The notes beneath the pieces were generated by a model. The model was not told the DNA's origin. It worked only from the letters and a program-made list of their open reading frames with translations, and searched no databases. From NCBI GenBank assembly GCA_029717555.1, contig JAMDHS010000097.1, positions 1 through 64,000 of the forward strand: a stretch of DNA of 64,000 nucleotides, read 5' to 3'. Position numbers and translations under genes: made by a program. Positions 1-10,177 of this stretch are shown piece by piece (the stretch's first letter is position 1; each line of letters opens with the position of its first letter). Origin of the DNA: Peribolospora baueri (lineage: Eukaryota).

Positions 1-43
<43 letters not shown>
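1..43. repeat. 43-nt poly(A) run at the window start
   Basis: Seen directly. On the minus strand it is a poly(T) tract inside the intron that follows the VEFS exon (donor GTAAG at 133-129). It may be a contig edge. Confidence 0.95.
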
Positions 44-44
<1 letters not shown>

Positions 45-133
45 CCGGCCCGAGGTTCCGTTGGTAAGACACACGAACTTGTGACAAAAGAGACCTTGAG
101 ATGCACCCCCTCCCCCGTTCCAAGCCTGCTTAC

Positions 134-3100
134 CGTTCAAATGCGAGATGCTTGTTCCACAGCTTCATGACGAAGCCTTCCTCCGGCATGACGTCCGAAA
201 TTTCATCGAGCATCTGGGGAAAGAAAGGACAAAAGACACAAGTCGATGAGCACGAAAAGTTGAAGGCTCGTCTCCAAGGGAAGAGAAACACAAAAGCTAG
301 GACGGCTGAAAATCAGGACCAGTGCTCACCCTATGCGCCCGTCCAACCTCCCACGCTCTTGCCTCATCCGCGCCCTCCTCCCCCAGCGGAAACTCGACGA
401 TATCGCCGTTGGCCAAGGGGGCGAAAGTCAAACTGCGCACGTTCAAGTTAGCGCTCTTGGCTTGCACCCTCCTCCTGATCCGTTTCGGAGATTTGAGACG
501 ATCTCCAAGGAGGTCCAATGTAGTGCTGTCCTCTCTGGACGGCGTTACACGCACAGAAGAAGGACTTGAAGATACCGCCACTAAACTTCGCGAGGTGCTC
601 AAGGGCGTAGGCTCAGACTCGGTGCGAGCTAGGTCAGGCTGCCGGTCGAACTTGACGACCTCGGGTAAGGACTGCGGGGTTTTCCCCCGCCGCCTTGTCG
701 AACGAAAATCATTTAGATTCGCTGGCCAAGCGGACGGCGCCGCCGGAGAAGCGCTCGTCCGAGTCGCGGCTTCGCCATCGACATCCGCGCCCAAACGCTC
801 TTCGATATCACGCTCCTCTGAGTCGGCGAGACGATCGAAGACGTCGAACTTCTGAAAACCCCAGTCGCCGGCAGCGCTCGCGTTGGGCGAAGCGGCTTGT
901 CGGCTCCCCGATGCAGTCGAGGACGGTGCGCTCCGGTTGACGTTGGCATCAGCCTCTGGCGAGGAGGGTCTGCTGTCGTCCACGAGCATTCTTGGATCGT
1001 CAGGATACGGTGTATTAGCGTCCATTGGCCCGCCAGGGTGGGCTAGAACGCCTCCACGTGCATCGCTCTGGGATGGCTGCGAAAGATCTCCAGTGTCAAA
1101 GCGACCAGTCCAACGCTTACGGCTTCGCTGATCCGAAGAAGTGGCGTCGGGCCCTGAGACTACATTGGCCGAGCCTCCAGCGCTGCGAGCTTTGCCCTTG
1201 CCCTTGTCGGCCTTTGACGCTTCGGCAGGAATGCTGCTGCTCGGCGGTACGGGTAATTTCACGACGATTTTACGCTGCACCTTGTCCATCTTACCCTCCT
1301 CCGTGCCGTTGGCCCTTGGCTTGTCATACACCGGCAATGGTTTTTCCGCAGGAGTAGGCTGCAGTCGCTGCCCATTCGAAGCCGTTGAGTTCGAAGGGGG
1401 CTCAGCAGAAGCGTGGCTGCCGTTCGGGAAAGCTTTACCGGACTTCGTAGGGGGGAAGACGGAGGTGGGAGACGTCGCACGGTCGCCTGCTTGACGCGGG
1501 ACGGAGAGTACGCCGCTGCTTCCGTTTTGAGCGGCATGAGATTGAACTTGGGTAGGAGACGTGGTGGGCGTGATGATGACAAGGTGGGTCTTCCCAAGAA
1601 AAGAGGGATGAGAGGTGGTGAGGTCGACTCGGTCCGGAGCATCCTGAGAGTAATGTCAGTCAGTTCATCCCCATCTTCAAGCGCCGGATGTAGTTAATGA
1701 TAGGGTGGAATATTCAACTCACCATGCCGATGCCACAGTTGGCAAGCACCTTACACCTCAGCCCTTTGTGCACTTCCTCGAAATGCCTCTCCAAGGCGTT
1801 CGTGCCGTCACCGATCTCGAGTCGCCTCCGAAGCTGCGAAGCAGAAGGACAGATAGGACACTCGATCTGATCTGCCTCCTCCCCAGCCGTCGTGCGTTCT
1901 CCCGGCCTCCGCCTGTCGGCGCCTGTCCCGCTGCCAACGCTATTGCTCTTGGTCCTACCGCGGGAAGGGACCACGTGCCAACGCACGTCTCCCCTCGCGA
2001 GTGCTGCCTCGAAATCGGAGGGGAAGGACAAGGCCTGGAGCGACAGGAGGGGCAACGAGGAGAACAGAAAGGCTGTGTACGCGTCGTCTCTGCCACTGTG
2101 CAAGCTGCCGCCCTGGCGCTGATGGGATTTCTGCCCGTGAAAAGACGGGGCCACGGAGGCTGCCGATGAAGGCGGAGGCGGTGCAACCTTAGCCTCCGTA
2201 TGCATTCTCCACTCCAGTCCCAGCTCCATATCCCATCCGAGCTCGTGGCCCCGTTCAGCCGCGCTCGCCATACCCTCCTCTGCGCTCAGCTCTGCATCGA
2301 GGGAAGGGTCGACCAAGAACGCCCGGGCTGAGTACGTCGTCACGTCAGGGTCATGTGCGTCGTTGGTGGCAGCAGAAGGAAAGGGAGCGCGAATGGCGAA
2401 GCGGTCAGAGAGAACGAGAGGAAAGACGGCTGTCACGGTGGGCGAAGGATGGGAGCCGTGGTGAGGGCGATAACGGGTGGTCCCGGCGGGCGACGACTTG
2501 CGCGGGACCTGCAGCCAGGGAACTGTCTGAGGGACGAACGGACGACCGGCTTGAGTCCCGGAGAGACGCCACTCGACTTTGAGGAGGACGTCCTCCTTTC
2601 CCGAAGCATCGCCTTCAGCCATGACAGCGCGCGATGTAACCTCACTCGCACAGAAGGCGACAGCTGTGCCATTGGACGGGACGCCGTTGGCCATGTGACC
2701 ATGGCGTTGCGTGCGCAGCCTGCAGGAGCCTTTCCTGAGCGTCTCAAACGCGCCCTGATCGACGTTGATGACGAGGGCGGAGGGCAGACGGGGCACGGCG
2801 AGCAGCGCCTTGGAGGGGCGCATGCTGAGATGGACGCATCCTGCCACTTGCTGGTTTTTCACGAGGTGTATGTAAGCTTCTCGGGATCGCATCGACGCGT
2901 TGAGAAGGGAAGTGGACGCAGGCAGTCTCCACACGGAGACGATGACGGTCATGGCGAGTAAGGTCTCTGCGGGGACCGGGTAGTCGAGTGCGATGGGAAA
3001 GGAGACGACAAGCGAGCGCGAGGCTCTCGCGGTGCGCGCGTCTCGCTCTTCCAACTCGCGCACCCTGCGCAGGTCGTCCACTTCTCGCAAACGGCGGGCA

Positions 3101-4236
3101 ACGCGATGATTCTCGTCTACGGCCGACTTGTCACCCTTGCTGCCCGCCTCAAGGTTCCGACTGAGCAAAGGCGTCCCCGCCGTTTTGGTCAAGACGGCGG
3201 CTGACGAACGTAAATGCGATAGAAAGGCGTCCATGAAGACCTTGCTGGACATGTTGTACGCGCTCCGAGGATGAGATCGTCCTTCTGCGTCGACAAGCGC
3301 ACCCGTGCCACTTCCTCGAGCAGCTGGCCTTCGCCGGGAGCCAGATTGGTCGGGGCCTTTCGACACGAGTCCTCCTCCCGCGTCCTCCGACAGGCGAATC
3401 CTCTTCCTCGGCCGTGCCGGACTGGCCTCCTTGGCCGAGGGGAGATCGAAAACGCATTGCTTCTTTGCCATCCAATGCTGCCATTCCAGACATTCGTTCC
3501 AGACCTCTGATCGGAAGCTGTCCTCGGAGTGGAGAAGGTACCATTCCTTGAGGATGGGGAAGAGCACGCGGTGGACAAAGCCTCTAGTCGAGTAGGCCTG
3601 CGACGGGCCGGTGGGGCAGTGATGTTGAAAAGCGAGCTGGACTGTGGCAGTGGCAGAAGAGGAGGCCGAGGAGGGGGGAGGTTCCAGATGCACGCCCGCC
3701 CGCTCGTTGGTTGTAGCTCGGCCATTGGCTTTTACTCTCACCCTGGCCTTGCCATTGACGCGGGCCGCTCCTTTGGAGTGCTCGAAACAAGTCCACGGAC
3801 CTTTGAGGGATTGACAGGCAGGACAGGCGAGAAAGGCCTGAAACTGGTAAAAGCGAGCCTTTGCCCAGCTTCGGAGACGATCCTCGGGGCATTCTCGGAC
3901 CCGACCAGAAAGGGCGGTCGTGTTGGCCTTGGACGACCTGTCCCGATCAGCGACGCGAGCGTGGTGGGAAGCGGAGGGGGGACTGGCGGAGCGGAGGTCG
4001 AGGGCGTCAGCGGTTGAAGAGGGCGGCACTTTCGTACCTTTCTCCGCGGCGCTAGCCAACTCCAAGTCGACGCTCATGGACCTGGACCGGGAGCTGGGGC
4101 TCGTGCGAAGGGCAGAGGAGTTGGGGTTATTAAGGCGGAAAGAATGAACTGTCTTGTTTATGTGGTCCAAGGGCAAGATCGTAGTCGTGCTGGTCAACGG
4201 TGTGGGGACGGCCGCCCCGAAACGGGCAACATCCAT
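134..4236 (-). CDS. SUZ12: SUZ12-like Polycomb PRC2 subunit (C2H2 zinc finger + VEFS-box); 3' end lies outside the window
   Basis: Exons 4236-1723, 1643-330 and 213-134 join in frame across GT-AG introns. C2H2-like finger CPICP...LERHFEEVH. The last visible exon reads MLDEISDVMPEEGFVMKLWNKHL, resembling the VEFS-box core of Su(z)12/EMF2/VRN2 (EFxDVxxxEKxxMKLWNxHV). An upstream PLLSRNL resembles the ZnB segment. Confidence 0.7.
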
Positions 4237-4912
4237 GGCGGCGGACTATGTAGCGAACAGATCGAGCGTCCTGACAGCATGCGATGGCCGGAGGGCGGGA
4301 GCGAAGACGGTGGAAAGAGACGGGGAGCGACGATGGCGACGTCCAACGTCAACCTAGATGACGCCCGGATCGCCAATAAAGAATAGTCAGCAAACGGGGT
4401 GGGCTGCTGGTCAGGAAAGTAAAAACATGAGGCCGCGCTACGAGAGGGGCAGAGAGGACAAAGGCGAGCGCGGCAGCGCGCGAATTCGCCAGTCGGCGGA
4501 GAGATGTGAGCACATACCTACCGTGCCACGCAAAGAGAAGGGGCGTGCGGTGAAGGAGAGAGGAGAGGAGGGAGACAGATAGTGGAGGAGGGAGGAGGAG
4601 ACGAATACGAGAGGCGAGGAGGAGGTGAGGATGGACGTTTTCTCCAGCCGGCGAGCGGCTTTAACGAGACGCGCCGCGACGGTCGACCTAGGCAGTGGAT
4701 TACAACTTGACCCGCGGAGGCATTACAACGCATTACACGCCGTTTCTAATCCCCGCCGATCACTCCACCTCGCCTTGCCGTTTGTTTTGGCCGCGCGCGA
4801 ACCTTCATTTCGTACGAGCCTCGTCTGGCACGCATCCCTCCCTGCTTCCCCTTCCTCCTCTTCCTCCTCCTCCCCGACCCTCTTCTCTCCGTCCCTCGCC
4901 CCCACCTCTCTC

Positions 4913-7434
4913 ATGGCCTCTGCAGACGGCCGAGTCTTTTGGCAGGCCACCCAAGTCCCTCTCCTTCCCCTACCTTCCACCTCCTCCCCGCCTTCCAATC
5001 CGCCGGAGCGACTGAAGGAGGACGACTCTGCGCCGGCAGATGCCCCGGACGGCGCGGTCGTGAGCACCGGTGTCATCCGTGCTGCGAAATTGGTCTCGCA
5101 GGTCGGGCACAGTAGAGCCAAGCCCCAGCGACGAACAAGGAGGGGCGCCGCCCCGTCCGCTGTTGGCTCTCGCAAAGGCGGCGGCAGCGTCTCGACGCTT
5201 CATGCATCCTCCTCACCGCGACGCAGGCTTCACGGCCCGTCAAAGCCCCGGTCTCCTCTTTTGTCCAATGCGAGCTCCAGCTCGAGGCCTTCCTTGTCCA
5301 GTCTTCACGCCTTCCTTGACCGCGAGGCTCGTAAGCGTCAGAAGCCGGGGGCATGGCCGTCGGACGCCGCGGGCGACACTCCTGCGACTGCTCGCAAGGT
5401 GGGCACCCCAGCAACGCCCATCCCTACATTTACGTCTCCAAGCTCGACGAAGCGACTCCATGACGAGAACGAACTGGGCTTATCCGCCGCCGCGGCCATC
5501 ATCGTCCAGGATAGCCCGCCAAGGAGGGTGCCTCTTAAAGAGCGCATGCTCAACGGCAGCAACGACGCCCACGGCTGTGACCAATCTTATTTGGCACCGA
5601 CAGCAACTTTTTCAAGAGACAGGAGACAGCCTGTTCGCAACTCCGACACAGCCATCCCCCTCCTGAAAGTTCCAGCCCGTGCAGAGAGGCAGACTACGAT
5701 GGGCGACTTTGCAAAGGTGCACAAGGCGGCGGTGAGTTGGACGACCCATCTCTATGTCCATTTCTTCCATTCGTCCAAGTTCGAGGAAAGGGCATGCTCA
5801 GCTAACGCATGAGATTGCTTGACCATTCCGTCCTCCCCGCCTTTCCAGGAATCGTCATCGTCGTCCAACGCGCCTTTCAAAGTTCCATCCCTTCCGGTCG
5901 GGCGAACGCGTACGGCGCCCGTGGCGCGATTGTCTGCTCGACAAAAGCAGTCGGCTATGGGCGCCGACGAGCACAATCCTCCAGCCGTCAGGATGGGTGG
6001 GGCTCGAGGCGCTTCTTCCTCTGCGTCCATCGCCACTCTGACACGAGGCTGGCCGGCTGCGGAGACGGACGCTGGCGGGGTTGGCACATCATCTAAGACC
6101 TCGCCTTACCATGCGTTCTCAGACGCTCCAGTTATGCGTCAGTCGGTTGAGCGCAGAACCGACAAGAATGACTGCGGGGACGATAACGAAATGAAGCATC
6201 CACGGAAGCCGACCATCTCGGTGCCGGACGAGTTCGACGAGTTCGACGACAAGGAGATGGAGGATATCATGGCGAGCCTGGACGTCCATCTCCCCAAGCA
6301 GGGGGAGGGCGAGACGTCCTTCTCCGCTTCTGGAGTGGACGTACAGCGGCCGACCGCCGCGGAAAGAACGATGGATGACAACGAGATTGAGACCGAGACA
6401 CAGCTTCCCCGAGCGCGGCCTTACAAGCGTCCGAGGCGAGCGCTAAGGTTACTGGACAGTCAGAGTCCTTCCAAACGTAAGCCATTCGCCTGTTTACTAT
6501 TTTTCATCGATAAGACGCTTCTACTTTTGCTCACTCTCTCGTCCATCTCGTGCTCTCCGCCTCACTAAGCGACTGCCGGCGCCACCAATTCAGATCGTTC
6601 TACCATCCCTCCTTCTTCCCTTTCTTCGTGTCGCCGCTTGGGCCTCAGCCGCCCACGACCCAAGAACCTTTCGGCGAAGCAACGGGCCCAAGTGCGAAGC
6701 ATTGCGGCGGCCTTTATCGACCGGGATGCAGCGGTGGAGGAGGAGGGCGGGAACGGGAACGGGGAGGACGAGGGCGATGATGTGGAGGAGACGCCGTCGC
6801 AGTTGGCAGCCGTGGCGGACGGCTTCATCGTCCCCGATGACTATGCCACGCAGCATCCTGACAACCTCCGCGGGCGGGCGAGCGGCAAAGAAGGGAAGGG
6901 GGGCGAGGGGAGGAAAAGAAAGTTCAACGAGAGAGCGATGTATGCCATGAGCCTCTTGAGCCAGGTTCCATCTTTTGTGCAAGGGGAACGGCAAGGCGGA
7001 GAGGACGAGAGCGCTGAAAGTCTGGAAGCGGCGTTGAGGGACTTGGGGCCGGCTATGAGGGGGAGACAGCTGTTGGGGAGGCTGGCCTTCGAGTTTGGCT
7101 GGGAGGAGAGGCCTGTTTTCGGGTCAGCGTCTAGAGTCCCGCGTGGGAGTGGGTCGGATGGTGAAGAGGAGGACAAGGACGAGGGAGAGGAGGAGCTTGA
7201 CCGTGAGTACCTCTACGAAGAGACGCGTCGGCCTTGCTTTGGCGTTCTCTCATGCTTACGTCTTCTCTTGCTCGTCTCCTCGCAGCCAGCTGTAATTTGG
7301 CCGACCACGAGGGCCTGGAGACGTGCTCCGATTCCGACTGGCGGCTGACGCAGCGAGAGGGAAAGGCGGTGAGGGAGCAGAAGGCCAAGGCTAGGCAGAC
7401 CTTGGATGAGTTCAGGAAGGCAAGAAGGTATTGA
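4913..7434 (+). CDS. Low-complexity protein (~740 aa) with a FANCM/Mph1-like C-terminal acidic motif and no helicase domain
   Basis: Four exons join in frame across GT-AG introns at about 5732-5848, 6477-6569 and 7203-7285. Contains FIDRDA-(acidic)-DGFIVPDD...ERAMYAMSLLSQVP. Confidence 0.6.
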
Positions 7435-8273
7435 ACGATGGAGCGCGTGCGTGCGCGTTCGCTCGCTCACCCTCTCAGAGGAGGCTCGCATCATGACAAC
7501 GAGGCTCTCGCTCCATCAGCGCTTCTGGAAGGCTTTCTCGAACTTGCCGGCTTCCGCCTTCCTGACTATTTCGGACACACCGTCAGCGTCGTCTCTGCTT
7601 CCGATGTCGTCGACTCTCTGCGCTCGCACGTACACATGTAAATACATGGCATCGTGACGATGGAGGATTTGGCTCTAGGCGACGGGCCAAAACCCAGAGA
7701 AGCAATGACATTTGTGACCCTAGTCGACGGTCAGGGTGCTTGCGGAGAAAGGGCAGGCACTGAGGAAGGAAAGAAGTAAGCGTTGGGAAAAGTAAACGTC
7801 AGCTTCGGCCGGTGACGAGTGGCAGGTCGATCCCACGTCCAACATGTCTCCATCTCTACCCACTTCTTCTCTCACTGTCAATCTCTAACGAGGAATCAAT
7901 CTCAACAGCCCCGAGAAGGACGGCGGCTAGCCAGAACTGAAGTTCCATACACGGAAAGCAAATCACGTGACCCACCGATACCCTTCGTTTACGCGCCTTT
8001 ATTCGCGAATTTCTCCGATCCGAGCTTCCGGTGCGCAGAAGGAAGACAGCTCCATCCTTCGTCCCGGGAAGCGATCGAACCTCCAACCCCGTTCGGCTGC
8101 CCTTGACAGGGCCGGCCATGCCTTCCTCTCTCTTTCTGCTTTGCCTCTTTCTGCTTTAATTTGCTTTCTAGGGTAGACACGTAAAGGTAGACACTTCTCT
8201 CTCTCTCTCTCGAGGATAGACGTATAGCGATAGACACATCTCTTTTCTAGGATAGACGTAGACATCTCGACTC

Positions 8274-9401
8274 ATGGACCCCGCAACCGTCCGCACCGAG
8301 GACCTCGTCCGCTCCGAGCTCTTCGCCATCCGACGGACGCCCCATGCCGGCCTCGGCGCCTTTGCTCTTCGTCGTCTTCCCCCCGGCACGATCCTGCACT
8401 CCACCGGCCGACCCTGCGCAAGCGTCATCAACAGACCCTACAGGCGGGAGGTGTGCGCGTGGTGTTTCGCCTATGACCGAGGGAAGGAATGGCGAGTGCG
8501 CGACTCCCATGTAGGATTCGCGTTCTGTTGTGAGGCGTGCGCGGATGCTTGGAGGCAGGAGGAGGGCGAAGTGGGAGTGGAGGCGTGGAGGTGTGTGGAG
8601 GAAGGGTTGCTGAAGGGCAAGAAGGGTCTCTGTGCGGACAAGTTCGTGCCAGACAACGCCACGCCTCCGACGGAGGAGGAGATCGAGCGAGCTTGGAAGA
8701 CGGCTGCGGATGAGGTCGGTCTCCTGATTTGCGCGGGACGCAGTTCTTCGTCTTCGGCCTCACCTCGCCCGCCTTCGAAAGCGACCCGCCGGGCCATGCA
8801 AGCAGCTCTCCAAGACGGGCCGCCCGCCCCCGATACGCTCGCATTCCTGCTCTCGGGTACCCTCACGGCCGGCACTCGACCCGAAAGGTGGACGCAGATG
8901 CTGGCCCTGACGCCAGACCTCCGACCCTACTCCTCCAGAGAGGACCTCGAGGAGCACATTAAAACCTACCTCCACCTCCTCTGTCTCCTTCCGCCTACCC
9001 TCCTCCCCATTACGACGCCACAAACACTCCTAGACCTCGCGCGACGCGACTCCTGCAACTCCTTCGGTCTACGCAGCGTCGATGACGGCGGCGACGAGTT
9101 CTTCGGCTACGGCACGTGGCCGAGCGCCAGCTTCTTCAATCATTCTTGTCAGCCCAACGTCGCCAAGCGGAGGCTCGGGGCAGGGTGGACGTTCGAGACG
9201 GAGAAGGAAGTGGAGGAGGGGGAGGAACTGTGCATCAGCTACCTCGGTGGGGCGGAGAGGGAGCTGGACACGTCAGAGAGGAGGAGAAGGTTGAGGGAAG
9301 GGTGGCATTTCGAATGCCAGTGCCAGAAGTGTGGAGGCCAGGTTCCTGTCAGTGAGAACGGTGTTGTGCATATCCATGGACCGGAAGCGCAAGGGTTGTA
9401 A
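8274..9401 (+). CDS. SET6: SET domain protein with inserted MYND-like Cys cluster (Set6/SMYD-like lysine methyltransferase), intronless
   Basis: GLGAFA SET N-terminus, EVCAWCFAY...FCCEAC, NSFG, ASFFNHSCQPN, GEELCISY, post-SET FECQCQKC. Single 375-aa ORF. Confidence 0.85.
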   Translation: MDPATVRTEDLVRSELFAIRRTPHAGLGAFALRRLPPGTILHSTGRPCASVINRPYRREVCAWCFAYDRGKEWRVRDSHVGFAFCCEACADAWRQEEGEVGVEAWRCVEEGLLKGKKGLCADKFVPDNATPPTEEEIERAWKTAADEVGLLICAGRSSSSSASPRPPSKATRRAMQAALQDGPPAPDTLAFLLSGTLTAGTRPERWTQMLALTPDLRPYSSREDLEEHIKTYLHLLCLLPPTLLPITTPQTLLDLARRDSCNSFGLRSVDDGGDEFFGYGTWPSASFFNHSCQPNVAKRRLGAGWTFETEKEVEEGEELCISYLGGAERELDTSERRRRLREGWHFECQCQKCGGQVPVSENGVVHIHGPEAQGL

Positions 9402-10177
9402 AGTAATAGCAGCAGCTCGGGCACCGCCTGATCTCGAGATACTTGCACCAGTCTACAGATACGTCGCGAGCTTCCCACATTAACAAGCACAGTCCTGAGA
9501 AGAGTCGTGCCAACTCTATGAGAGGCGTGCGATCATGTTATTGAGTTCGTTATCAGGAACATATCTTGGCCGATATTCCGGTGTAGAGACACTTACAGCC
9601 TGGCTCCAGACATAGAGACAGCCCTGTGCTCTACCAATAAAAGCGAAGCCCAGGGGGGCTTTCCTTTATTGACCGCCCACATCGACGGCTTTGTCGATCC
9701 TGAAAACGGGAACGACATTTCCCAACCACAAGCGGTGAAAGTAAAGCTTGAAAGGAGAGTGTATACTAGAGCTGGCGACGTTCCCGAGCCAAGGCGGGTG
9801 ACGTGCCTCGCCGCGCGGTGTCCTGATGGTACTGCAGACCGGACGTGTCAGCAATGACGGCGCGTACAAATATACATAAACAGTGTGAGTTGCAGACTGC
9901 CCCAAAAACATAAGCGGCTGTCTTTCCCGACGACGCGAGCGTTTGTCTGCCTCGACGACGATGGGCGAGCGGGCGATGGCGAACCGGTCGGACGTCGAAA
10001 TTACAAGATGACGGGCAGCGCTGGCCGCCGCGGTTTCGTGGAGTGCTGCGGCCCGACGTTGATCGAGGCTGCCCCAATGTTGCTCCACAAACACCTGACG
10101 TCCACCACCTCTCCCCTTCTGCGTTCGCCAGGGTATTGTCAGGAGTAGAAAGAAAGAGAGGAGGGAAGGCGCGAACC

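Noticed and set aside
1..43. Poly(A) as a retroelement tail
   Set aside because: No adjacent element or target-site duplication is visible; it fits an intronic poly(T) tract at a sequence edge.
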